A stretch of 64,000 bases of DNA from an uncultured Clostridium sp. Lineage in GTDB: Bacteria; Bacillota; Clostridia; TANB77; CAG-508. Below are positions 20,401-27,197 of the stretch, one piece after another. The stretch covers positions 57,961 to 121,960 of the forward strand of contig CAMBEE010000002.1 in the NCBI GenBank assembly GCA_945865665.1. Direction: 5' to 3'. The position numbers were made by a program, and so were the translations under genes. The notes beneath the pieces are model-generated. The model made no database searches and was not told the origin of the DNA. It saw nothing but the letters and a program-made list of their open reading frames with translations. Positions within the stretch are counted from its first letter, which is position 1, and each line of letters starts with the position of its first letter.

Positions 20401-21000
20401 GGAGACACATATACTCTAAATCAAAGTATTACGTTATATGCAGTATGGGAAGAAAATCTATATTTGAAATCAACAGAATATGTAATTTCAGATGATACAA
20501 AATATGTAACAGATGCACAATTAAATGAAAACAAATATGAAAATGGAGATACATACATCTTGGGAATAAATCCAAAGTTAACAATAGAAGACGAAGCAAA
20601 CGCAAATGAATGGACAAAAGGAACAAAATTAGAAGACTTTATAAATAACATTCAAACAAATGCTGACAACGTAAAATTATATGATACAGAAAATAAAGAA
20701 ATTACAACAGAAGACAAGTATATAGGAACAGGAATGACAGTAGAATTTATAAAAGGAAATCAAACACCAATAAGACTTACAATTATAGCGAGAGGTGATC
20801 TAAATGGAGACGGTATATTGAACTTAAACGATATAACCAAAGCAAAAAGATATATTAAAAAAGACGAGACATCAATATTAGACACTGTAATTAAAAAACT
20901 AGCATTTGATACAAACTTAGATGGAAAACTAAATATGAGAGACTCTAATAATATGCAACGTGCACAAAGTAACGATGATATTAGAAAATTAGATAATTAG
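8476..21000 (+). CDS. giant (4174 aa) surface adhesin: signal/anchor, VWA domain, ~20 Cna-B/SpaA-like repeats, one InlB-B (Flg_new) repeat, conserved pre-dockerin module, type-I-like dockerin
   Basis: MIDAS-type DxSxS (DFSYSM, 8766-8783). About 20 recurring Y…(E/Q)xxAPxGY modules, e.g. VSAPDGYEL, LNAPEGYLKL, IVAPEGYAKI, ITPPEGYNPI. B-repeat YTIHYDAN…GYIFKGWAT…ITLYAVW. C-terminal duplicated Ca-binding loops GDLNGDGILNLND … DTNLDGKLNMRD. Strong RBS. Confidence 0.85.
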   Translation: MISKIVRGKDKFIVIALIMTSIIGALVGKIYSTNNNHYVVDVTNAAGESKDNNLQVTEKIVKGAGAQYFDSKELNYEVELKNIGQAENVETQVAIVTDFSYSMETNDTNNVVRGKAIDLANGIITNVKNSRVSISNNNALKLSMTTNTSAISSTINSLNYGEGNDSNQGLDNANSSFTTPAVAGNTINKYIVVFTDATDDVSEKMKQLTTDDPNLHIISILVDMTSTSYVVNDLAVCGEVYLLLSGVSADDVNSNIEMLDLQKIYDNMNKSTNNIEVTNEFSDEVQKYFSISDLTVDNGNVTQTAKGYIWNIDRIRYQDTAKLKFKLTLKTNVDIDAGIIFKDIFTNKEQNISYTAEENTLTLNGTDARGGTSATTLKICQGYDLKIKAVNESNTDLPVDGIDVKVVGIKTNDDGSEEEEVCNITKKTDSNGYITITPDDARALRLDGEITFTVTPTVDKVGYSYTNPVTFTYNNNVTTKNIEWVETGSGLNHEEKETERVAEVVVPINSQKSDLELRVEELNNSNALVPGSTFELIQPKLNNKYEMDVLSATTDDKGAIHFAPTVMTKDGTYNYILRQVSAPDGYELTPLTLITIEYKNGKIVRKPATQFNENIVSTELCTDVENHTLIVVGLKNLKQDPFDLEINLSDRADGTKIDGVTYLIETIGRDGVSSPVYATTDSNGQVKIKCYGDGALKIKITEQSPKVGYVADTKTKVLDISRNNKKIEVWVNEDKLDIDQDANKENLIIKLNSQKKAERNVVKINLVDSNETDVPVGAGVTYELVNTETGVSYGKVVSNRNGELSFTIDNNTIGDHTYKLVVDKNSLPAEYENATNSQDVDFNIHFDKDGYIDGINATNGDQITIDEHSSSVNSDDSVEYTAFLKLAYELNIDNTADFKIQLLDHEDLMTPIDGASYNVDIEWTVNGITRTKTIKGRKTNASGQITTKIIKVNSVKLTVTQVGAKTGYGIDNTTQEIELTYNTSGALVGISQSPYDKGDTNTDEPNQGAYKDPANTNNVIYQHLNRKRTTEDTYLNLTITKQDMNNAYKDGVILNIKSSSLLDKEGNGLDLIVRTGQQGDSGVYTFDYGSYLQNKIDNDTIRVPGIGEEGNEIVYDLEITEMNVDSTSDTGYSPKKGTTFKARLIFKYRDGSVKLTSVEPYYGNRLLVHDPIYSSSSDTEQGQQDEDSMGVYLANITLNLKTDYDDVGNLSLDLKKEDINEEPLIGAKYNLKVTNPDGTVIRKNDILVKNGSSNIEISGLNVNVGSTIELNEVEAPIGYGINKNTEVLEVTAIGDDGEITLERKDATTDRLKLVKMAATTTTAGTLKTNYEISFVDYQLDTFGFGIKAIDSNSNKGVDRYSFNVDSSKGATGTLTTDSDGNGSTRVGGSIESNTIEYTISTNHVADYYKPLNSNIKVNVVFNAAGAIDIAATQNAQTDPNYNTLWKIKNLVQSNDEFNFGKIDIEILVDHQEPLNVKVETIDKITNTKVSDVQYKITPSEELPATGSDSINVGYVLENGMLTYTLSQTNIKNSYAKLEEKDFKVTYSNENIMNAEFTKDNVKDDTITVTGNKQVTVKVYVEPKVPFEITNLYYFNNNTKLQGSNFEVTEVKSEDVGTGTTDANGISGIYSGILGADEDVTYKVKQTLGASGYATVDDFYIKVHYNADREITSAKLVDSNGEDVSTNKFVTVGFTKTSTFSTYNSNNKGIVTIQVLNYPEFKINIDNVDRRDGTTKIAGTEYSVTSQYTTSDNKQVDFMSTKGVITNSNGLGVAHLDKTKENTIVTYTVKEDIPAIGYQSLGTEIKVKVTFDGDGYVSNVEVENDSNLNKIESVSRIQPITDPADNFVVNLQLKNNPILKFNLTAEDSADHSVKIKDLGFTIVSTFEDTVYSNSSATNKVNQTENPETSYTDINGYTASYLDRTLDNKDMYYTIKEVQKAPGYDWAGKDIIIKVTYDSDGKIDSITPVQGGELINISSFDKDNFEINMEIYNDEIKSFGINLSAVDTYDANKKISNMKVNAFLTEEGNTNYTKPDDDYKLMDENSLLTGADRNNDGKPDIAQGEDYKTMGQYNKGAGTRTLRLVVLNDTSKDNEKAAYYLDSADDTNSGNNVGYYKGAKYYKDAKYQNVRYQYLINVTFDDEGKITDAKLQTGLNPYVGWLVDNRYIQTQEDGVSLDHTDYRLNITMKFFPMLDLKLNAMDNYTYQNEISKDGQPIALEGSKYTVTTLRHNESAREEDELVTAGYIGYGTSYGYYGALAQADYYEATDELFVPIENNHTRLFYVFEEMEPTNYQKYTDRYLTIYSQKLVAIIQVTFDEYGEINYDKSIVRNVNDTEIKPYVAEDGSTYLSSNNIQEYNYYYDKTEANRNINFYIGYGLTTKINVTAVDDISSSPISNIRMTPFINDTYCTNTSYEYNTNGYRDTNSSGQFDIKYWGAATQDNVNKYIIGSSRYGDNYNGYMFPSDMASTSLNGSGNEQDYYANLDISYDSNGKISQVKSVGSDLWGDDNVSNITWDSETGNVYINMLYSRKFQMTLNKTDYYDSTINKLVAKFDVISDKGLKTSINSKQTSDVSRELTPIGKVYANKTIKYTLSETQVPEGYYPLQDTIDYYVTFDKNGNVGTNSVKSTSDYFEIVSTSDNTEKVNKTSPDLTINVKNKPAFNFGLRVIDQFYKNDGISDVYLKITNSKGDVALGNPQTDANGYATVVTGPVYPKETVKYYISQTNTADGYYQNSATIELEVKFNDIGKVEAYKILNGNEVINNFNSTAYMNTRQINMQIMNMPKDLKIGLYKYDKTTNSPMAGVKFTITKEDVNSGVKTSKQITTENDGNVVQAIDTFETSISGKTIKYTIHEDETPASYRTMEDIVFIIRYNADGSIASANQVQNDNGVLSEIKPEIAIGTIKKLDDKRVHFAINAPNDNAYDLIIKNEDINYSGFGIKDSEFDVSINGTKYIPELTNEEGETSLKDLTQSGDITIKIAQKEVGDGYKSDIDNKVEINLVKGVDVYSIDLKPTTNGYVDDKNATTTKAVIVVDETYGTITVTFKNETKTEITLFKQDINTNAALKNAEFKVTAQQVDDSGSNIGSGITLTTNDNKITDSNGQIHFDLGVAPQSQIWKYTFEEITPPEGYNPIADLVMTVKYDQYGRISEQKSNKESRLKPTTEHPENENCRNMYAIIKNGDVSPAYTVKVVTEDVDTGKRISGSEILMNITKEDGSLIEVEPKTSASATNGSTSITGNLGIDGTMYTDEEVENPKVDTPSIVEKGLTYIDNIDYEGTINIDISQQKAATGYIFGNQKTSTDEGQDIKINTKYVPHLDEDPTVEFTIIDNDGFEVRTDDVNRIITIVVKNESQVSFDIVTELFHSDLEEEKHYISGVNYNITSEILTATNSIPTDLNATTPLSDEKGETKENVGKAYAGKTVLYTLHQNIPLGYRTIDDIQIEVQYDSRGYIKYYEMLSSEDNAYINEENTTKRTIALVVRNKKDIENYVIYVEKHAKDTDEDEDAYQRKLPNAKYQITVNQQYGAPKTVSWVDVTDENGEIRSAPFNGYGYISAQIKELEAPEGYELDEGVKYVSLYRNQDTGEFKEDVANEAFTGVDNNIEYDSAGNRIIRILPKNEQQKDKFTMVINKISKETGKYITDNQANFKVELKQTNDEGEITYYDTLIENAYTDKNGKLVMDNLQMPGEAGEYKLVITELNAPEGYLKLSEPVEIPVTFGTDSAGNIVIISANTIGNGLENISASKVDKQILGINVGNEVDNGLKDDEYSLDITKVDAKTGEAIENMAIFKVQLPDENNTSVYTETKETLLGPGKLDYCYIEQDKDYTVRLTHMKKPTEPGIYVYKFKEIVAPEGYAKIDDEFELSIEFAIDEETGKMYIKDVNSSNEDYLRINTEAPYDIEKPISIDILNNEDKGEQYTIHYDANDNGEGITAPADQIKDKDVDLQLSAEELSRTGYIFKGWATLPNATTPDFKAGDTYTLNQSITLYAVWEENLYLKSTEYVISDDTKYVTDAQLNENKYENGDTYILGINPKLTIEDEANANEWTKGTKLEDFINNIQTNADNVKLYDTENKEITTEDKYIGTGMTVEFIKGNQTPIRLTIIARGDLNGDGILNLNDITKAKRYIKKDETSILDTVIKKLAFDTNLDGKLNMRDSNNMQRAQSNDDIRKLDN

Positions 21001-21011
21001 GAGGAAAAAAG

Positions 21012-21968
21012 ATGAAAAAGGTTATAAAAAATATAATAATATTAATAACTATACTGCTTATAATATTGATTTTTATAATATCGAAGAATACAAGTGTACA
21101 AGCAGCAGATAATGGAACTATTAAATTAAATGTGAAAAATGAAAACTTTACACCAGGAGGAACTGTAGCAGTAGAAATACTGCTACAGGACCAAAAACAA
21201 GGAATTTCATCATTTACTGCATATTTCCATTATGATGAGAACATATTTGAAAAAATCAACAGTAGCAATATAGAAAGTGATGCATCAGAAGAAGAATTAG
21301 ACTCAATTGACTATGGTGATGAAACAGGAAAAATTTCTGTATATTATAATGATGATATATCTAATATAGGAAAAATATGTACTGTAAATTTGAAAATAAA
21401 AAGCGATATAGATATAAGTACTATAACATCATTTACAACATCAGTAGGTAAAGTTGAAGCATTCTCATATGAGCATGATAATTTAGCAGATTACGGAACA
21501 ATAACAGAAACTACAACTATTAAACAACAACCATCAGAAAAATTATATTTATCAAGTGAAACATACAAAATAGGGGATAATGACATTAAAAATTACGAAG
21601 ATGGAGATAAATATATTTCAAGAGTTGAACAAAAAACAATGTTAAAAGATTATATAAATAATTTGGAAACAAATGGAATAATAGTAGTAACTAAAGAAGA
21701 TGGAACTGTATTAACATCAGATGAGTATGTAGGAACAGGAATGACATTAACTGTAACAAAAGATGAAGAAAAAATAGAATTAAAGATAGCAGTAACAGGA
21801 GACTTAGATGGAAATGGAAAAATAACAGCAACAGATTTATCAACAATGAACCAAACAATTTTGAAATTGGTAACATTAGAAAATGAATACAAAATTGCTG
21901 CAGACCTAGACGAAAATGGAAAAGTAACAGCAACAGACTTCTCAGCACTAAATCAAATGTTATTGTAA
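21012..21968 (+). CDS. secreted cohesin-domain + dockerin-domain protein (318 aa)
   Basis: Signal peptide. Cohesin-like GTIKLNVKNENFTPGGTVAVEILLQDQKQGISSFTAYFHYDENIFEKI. The same pre-dockerin module (LYLSSETYKIGDNDIKNYEDGDKYI…VGTGMTL). Dockerin GDLDGNGKITATDLS…ADLDENGKVTATDFS. The RBS overlaps the stop of the giant gene. Confidence 0.8.
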   Translation: MKKVIKNIIILITILLIILIFIISKNTSVQAADNGTIKLNVKNENFTPGGTVAVEILLQDQKQGISSFTAYFHYDENIFEKINSSNIESDASEEELDSIDYGDETGKISVYYNDDISNIGKICTVNLKIKSDIDISTITSFTTSVGKVEAFSYEHDNLADYGTITETTTIKQQPSEKLYLSSETYKIGDNDIKNYEDGDKYISRVEQKTMLKDYINNLETNGIIVVTKEDGTVLTSDEYVGTGMTLTVTKDEEKIELKIAVTGDLDGNGKITATDLSTMNQTILKLVTLENEYKIAADLDENGKVTATDFSALNQMLL

Positions 21969-21980
21969 ATAAAAGTATAG

Positions 21981-22010
21981 CACTCGTAAACTCTTACGGG
22001 TGTTATATTT
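21981..22010 (+). terminator. rho-independent terminator
   Basis: Stem cactcgtaa-actc-ttacgggtg followed by a T-rich tract. Confidence 0.6.
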
Positions 22011-22323
22011 TGCCCATTTTTTTAATTTTAATGCTATATGCTTTTTCTGTGATTGTAATGTGGTCTTTTTAAAAATTATACCGTCTGATTGAAATGAAAA
22101 ATAGATAATCTTAAATAAAAAAACAATGTAACAAACTTGTAATATAAATATAATATTTAAGTAATAAAAAACGTATATTAAGCTTCCGCAAGAGGAAAAA
22201 AGACATAACAAGCAAAACAAAAAAACCACCACTTGAACAAATAAAATAAAAATGTTACAGTAAAACAAGGAAAAGAGAACAAAAAAATTATGTTGAAATA
22301 ACTATAATAAAAGGAGGATAAAA

Positions 22324-25300
22324 ATGAAAGAAAGGAATCAGTTAGCAACTAAAATATTATCAATGATATTAATAGTAGTATTTATTTTTCCAATAATAGT
22401 ACCACTAAAAAGTAATGCAACCGGACTAACAGTAACATTAGACACAAATGATACACAAATAAAAGCAGGACAAAAAATATGTGTAAATGTATACGTTACA
22501 GGAGATTCAATAGCAAGCTTTACATGTTATCCATCATTTGATAAAAATATATTTAATGATATAAGTTCTTCTAGTCTTGTAGTTCCAAGTGGATTAAAAG
22601 ACCAAGGAAATGGAAGTTGGAAAGCGTCATATTCTAGTTCAAACAACAAAATAACAGTAGAGGAAAATGACGGCAGTTATTTTACAATTCCAAATGGAGG
22701 ATTATTATTTTCAATTAATCTAGTAGCTAAAATTGATACATCTACAACAACAATAAAATTAAAAACAGTTGAATCAGATGGAGAAAACGATTATTACAGT
22801 ATTGCAGAAGTATCAGGGACAATACCAAAAGCTGCTCCAGCAACATATAGCATTACATATAATCAAAATACAGTAGATATAGTTAACAATATGCCATCAG
22901 CAGGACAAAAAACACATGGAACAAACTATACAATACCATCAACAGTGCCAACAAGAACAGGATACACATTTGCTGGATGGACTACAAATAGTAGTGGAAC
23001 AGGAACAAATTATTCAGCAGGAGGTTCATATACTACAGATGCAGATACAACATTTTATGCAAAATGGACAGCAAAACAAACAACGTTAACAGTAAATCCA
23101 AATGGAGGAACATGGGATGGTAGTTCATCTACACAAACATTTACACAAAATTATAATTCAACAAAAACAATAAATAATCCAACAAGAACACCAAATGGAC
23201 ATACAGTTAGATTCAATACTAATGGAGGAACAAGCACGGATTCATTACAACAAGTACAAACAACAGTATTTACTGGATGGAACAAAACTGGAGGAGGAAG
23301 CTTGAGTTCAACAACATATACATTTGGAGATAGCAATGGAACATTAACAGCACAATATGAAGGACAAGCAATAACATTACCAAATGCAACAAAAACAGGA
23401 GCGACATTAAAAGGATGGTTTACAGCTCAAACAGGAGGAACACCAGTTGGGGGAGCAGGAACAAGTTGGACACCTTCATCAGATACAACATTATTTGCAC
23501 AATGGAATGAAGTAGATTACACATTAACAGTAAATCCAAATGGAGGAACTTGGAAAGGTAGTACTGCAACACAAAATGTTACAGGAAATTATACTTCAAC
23601 AACCACAGTACCAAATCCAACAGCACCAAATGGGTATGAAGTAACTTTAAATAATGATGGAACAACATCAACGGTTACACAAACAAAAACATTTACAGCA
23701 TGGACATTATCTGGAAAAGGAAGAATAGATGGAACAACATATACATTTGGAGATGGTAATGGAACATTGACAGCACAATATACACCAAACAGTGTAACAT
23801 TATCAACACCAACAAAACCAGGATATACATTTGATGGATGGTATACAGCATCAACAGGTGGAAACAAAGTAACTTCACCATATACACCAACAAATAATGT
23901 AACATTATATGCAAGATGGACAGCTAATAAATACACAATAACATTTGATGGAAATGGTGTAGCAGTAACGCCATCAACAAAACAAGTTACATATGGACAA
24001 ACATATGGAACATTACCAGCACCAACAAAACCAGGTTATACATTTAATGGATGGTACAATGGTGGAAACAAAGTACAATCAACAGATACAGTAGACATTA
24101 CAGGAAATACAACATTAACAGCACAATGGATAGGAGCAGAATACACAGTTTACTTTAACCCAGACGGAGGAAATGTAAGCCCAACAAGTAAAAAAGTAAA
24201 CAATGAAGGACAATATGGAGCATTGCCAACACCAACAAAAACAGGATATACATTTGCAGGTTGGTATAAAGATGGAACAAAGATAGAAAGCACAACCAAA
24301 GTAGAAACAACAACAGATATTACATTAAAAGCAAAATGGACTGCTATAAAATCAACATTAACAGTAAATCCAAATGGAGGAATTTGGGATGGTAGTTCAT
24401 CTTCACAAACATTTACACAAGATTATAATACAACAAAAACAATAAATAATCCAAGTAAAAATGTAGATGGGTGTAGAGTGACATTTGATGGAAATGGAGG
24501 AACTGCACAAACAGTAGCTATAACGCAAACAACAACATTCACAGGATGGACACTATCTGGAAAAGGAAGTTTTGGAGGAACAACATATACATTTGGAGAT
24601 GGTAATGGAACATTGACAGCTAACTATTCAGGTGAAAATATAACATTACCAAACGCGACAAAAACAGGGGCAACATTAAAAGGTTGGTACACATCAACAA
24701 CAGGAGGAACACCAGTAGGTGGTGCTGGAGATATTTGGAAACCATCAACAGACATAACTTTATATGCACAATGGAATGAAACAAATTACACATTAACAGT
24801 AGATCCTAATGGAGGAACATGGAATGGAAGTTCTGCACAACAAACGGTAACAGGAACATACAATGAGCAAAAACAAATACCAAATCCAACAGCACCAAAT
24901 GGATATATAGTAACATTGAATAATGATGGAACAACAACACAGATTACACAAACAAAAACATTTACTGTATGGAAACAATCTGGAAAAGGAAGTATAAATG
25001 GAACAACATATACATTTGGAGATGGTAATGGAACAATAACAGCTCAATATACAGAAAATAATGTAACACTACCAACACCAGCAAAAACAGGATATACATT
25101 TGATGGATGGTATACAGCATCAACAGGGGGAAATAAAGTAACTTCACCATATACACCAACAAATGATATAACATTATATGCAAGATGGACAGCAAATCAA
25201 TACAGAATAACATTTGATGCAGATGGAGGAAATGTAACACCTTCAACAAAACAAGTAACATATGACCAAAAATATGGAGAATTACCAACACCAACAAAAA

Positions 25301-27177
25301 CAGGATATACATTTGAAGGGTGGTTTATGGATGATTCAACACAAATAACAAGTAATGACACAGTAAAAATAACAGAAGACAAAACATTAAAAGCACACTG
25401 GCAAGGAGCTACGTATACATTAACAGTAAATCCAAATGGTGGAACATGGAATGGAAGTTCTGCACAACAAACTGTTACAGGAACATACAATGCAACAAAA
25501 ACAATAGCAAATCCAACAGCACCAAGTGGATATACAGTAACCTTAAATAATGATGGAACAACAACACAGATTACACAAACAAAAACATTCACAGGTTGGA
25601 CATCATCTGGAAAAGGAAGCATAAGTGATACAACATATACATTTGGAGATGGTGATGGAACAATTACAGCACAATATAAAGACGATGATGTAACATTGCC
25701 AGAACCAACAAAAACAGGATATACATTTGATGGATGGTATACAGCAGCAACAGGAGGAGACAAAGTAAACACATCATATAAACCAACAAATAATATAACG
25801 TTATATGCAAGATGGACAGCTAATAAATATAAAGTAACATTTGATGGAAATGGAGCAACTGGAATACCTACATCAAAAGATGTAACATATGGAGAAAAAT
25901 ACGGAGAATTACCAACACCAACAAAAGATGGATATGAATTTGATGGATGGTATAAAGAAGACGGAACAAAAGTAACAGAAGATGACATAGTAGATATAAC
26001 AGAAGAAACAAAACTAACAGCAGGATGGCTAGGGGCAGAATATACAGTAAACTTTGATGCCGATGGCGGAAATACAAGTGTAACTAGCAAAAAAGTAAAA
26101 AATGGTGGAAAATATGGAGAGTTACCAACACCAACAAAAGAAGGATATACGTTTGTTGGATGGTATGATACAGAAAACAACAAAATAGAAAGTACAACAA
26201 CAGCAAATATCTCATCAGATGTGACATTAAAAGCAAAATACGAAAAAAATAAATATAACGTAACATTTAAAAATGATGATGGAAGTACATTATATACAAC
26301 AGTAGTACAATACGAAGATAAAGCAGAATTCTCTGGAAAAGAACCAACATCAACTAAAAATACACCAGGATATAAAGCTAAATTCAAAGGCTGGAGTAAT
26401 CAGCCAGCATTAGATAAAGTAACAGGAGATACAACAGTAACAGCAACTTATGAATTATCACCAATACAATACAAAATTTCATATAACAATACAAAAGATG
26501 GTGACAATTCACAAAACCCAACAAGTTACACTATCGAAGATAAAAACATAACCTTGAAAAATTTAGAAGACAAAGAAAATTCAAAATTCTTAGGATGGTA
26601 TGATAAAGCCGTTGGAGGAAATAAAATAACAAGTATAGATACATCAAAATTGGAAAATATAATATTATACGCACAATGGGAAAAAGATGAATTATATTTA
26701 AAATCAGAAAAATATAAAATTGGTGAAAATGATATTGACAACTATGAACAAGGTGATATATATTTAGATAAAATAGAACCAAATACAACACTAAAAGATT
26801 TTATTGCAAATTGTGACACAAACGGAGATATAACAGTAATTAATAGTGAAGGCAAAGAGTTATCAGATGACGACTTAGTTGGAACAGGTATGACAATGAA
26901 AGTCAAAAGATATGATGAAGAAATAACCCTAACATTGGTTGTAATGGGTGATTTAGACGGAGACGGAAAAGTAACAGCAGTAGACTTGTCAACATTAAAT
27001 CAAGTAATATTAAAAACAACAAAGTTAGAAAATGCTGAATTTAAAGCCGCTGACTTAGACGACAGTAAAAAAATAACAGCAACAGACTTATCAACAATAA
27101 ATGATACTATTTTAGGAAATATTACATTAACATATAATAAAAATCAGCAAAATAATACTGGTATTACTAGTTTATAA
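22324..27177 (+). CDS. secreted cohesin / ~18x InlB-B (Listeria-Bacteroides, Flg_new) repeat / dockerin protein (1617 aa)
   Basis: Signal peptide. Cohesin-like LTVTLDTNDTQIKAGQKICVNVYVTGDSIASFTCYPSFDKNIFNDI. Repeated …P(T/A)PTK(T/P)GYTF(D/A/N)GWY…(L/F)YA(R/K/Q)W units. C-terminal LYLKSEKYKIGENDIDNYEQGDIYL… module plus GDLDGDGKVTAVDLS…ADLDDSKKITATDLS. Confidence 0.85.
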   Translation: MKERNQLATKILSMILIVVFIFPIIVPLKSNATGLTVTLDTNDTQIKAGQKICVNVYVTGDSIASFTCYPSFDKNIFNDISSSSLVVPSGLKDQGNGSWKASYSSSNNKITVEENDGSYFTIPNGGLLFSINLVAKIDTSTTTIKLKTVESDGENDYYSIAEVSGTIPKAAPATYSITYNQNTVDIVNNMPSAGQKTHGTNYTIPSTVPTRTGYTFAGWTTNSSGTGTNYSAGGSYTTDADTTFYAKWTAKQTTLTVNPNGGTWDGSSSTQTFTQNYNSTKTINNPTRTPNGHTVRFNTNGGTSTDSLQQVQTTVFTGWNKTGGGSLSSTTYTFGDSNGTLTAQYEGQAITLPNATKTGATLKGWFTAQTGGTPVGGAGTSWTPSSDTTLFAQWNEVDYTLTVNPNGGTWKGSTATQNVTGNYTSTTTVPNPTAPNGYEVTLNNDGTTSTVTQTKTFTAWTLSGKGRIDGTTYTFGDGNGTLTAQYTPNSVTLSTPTKPGYTFDGWYTASTGGNKVTSPYTPTNNVTLYARWTANKYTITFDGNGVAVTPSTKQVTYGQTYGTLPAPTKPGYTFNGWYNGGNKVQSTDTVDITGNTTLTAQWIGAEYTVYFNPDGGNVSPTSKKVNNEGQYGALPTPTKTGYTFAGWYKDGTKIESTTKVETTTDITLKAKWTAIKSTLTVNPNGGIWDGSSSSQTFTQDYNTTKTINNPSKNVDGCRVTFDGNGGTAQTVAITQTTTFTGWTLSGKGSFGGTTYTFGDGNGTLTANYSGENITLPNATKTGATLKGWYTSTTGGTPVGGAGDIWKPSTDITLYAQWNETNYTLTVDPNGGTWNGSSAQQTVTGTYNEQKQIPNPTAPNGYIVTLNNDGTTTQITQTKTFTVWKQSGKGSINGTTYTFGDGNGTITAQYTENNVTLPTPAKTGYTFDGWYTASTGGNKVTSPYTPTNDITLYARWTANQYRITFDADGGNVTPSTKQVTYDQKYGELPTPTKTGYTFEGWFMDDSTQITSNDTVKITEDKTLKAHWQGATYTLTVNPNGGTWNGSSAQQTVTGTYNATKTIANPTAPSGYTVTLNNDGTTTQITQTKTFTGWTSSGKGSISDTTYTFGDGDGTITAQYKDDDVTLPEPTKTGYTFDGWYTAATGGDKVNTSYKPTNNITLYARWTANKYKVTFDGNGATGIPTSKDVTYGEKYGELPTPTKDGYEFDGWYKEDGTKVTEDDIVDITEETKLTAGWLGAEYTVNFDADGGNTSVTSKKVKNGGKYGELPTPTKEGYTFVGWYDTENNKIESTTTANISSDVTLKAKYEKNKYNVTFKNDDGSTLYTTVVQYEDKAEFSGKEPTSTKNTPGYKAKFKGWSNQPALDKVTGDTTVTATYELSPIQYKISYNNTKDGDNSQNPTSYTIEDKNITLKNLEDKENSKFLGWYDKAVGGNKITSIDTSKLENIILYAQWEKDELYLKSEKYKIGENDIDNYEQGDIYLDKIEPNTTLKDFIANCDTNGDITVINSEGKELSDDDLVGTGMTMKVKRYDEEITLTLVVMGDLDGDGKVTAVDLSTLNQVILKTTKLENAEFKAADLDDSKKITATDLSTINDTILGNITLTYNKNQQNNTGITSL

Positions 27178-27197
27178 TAAAAGAAAGGAGTTTTAAA

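Noticed and set aside
25197-26387. 396-aa minus-strand ORF (and several 60-116-aa ones) inside the 1617-aa repeat-protein gene
   Set aside because: It is entirely antisense to a well-supported, motif-rich plus-strand gene. The translation is low-complexity (V/P/F/Y-rich) and mirrors the sense repeats. There is no RBS. It is a stop-free antisense frame caused by biased codon use.
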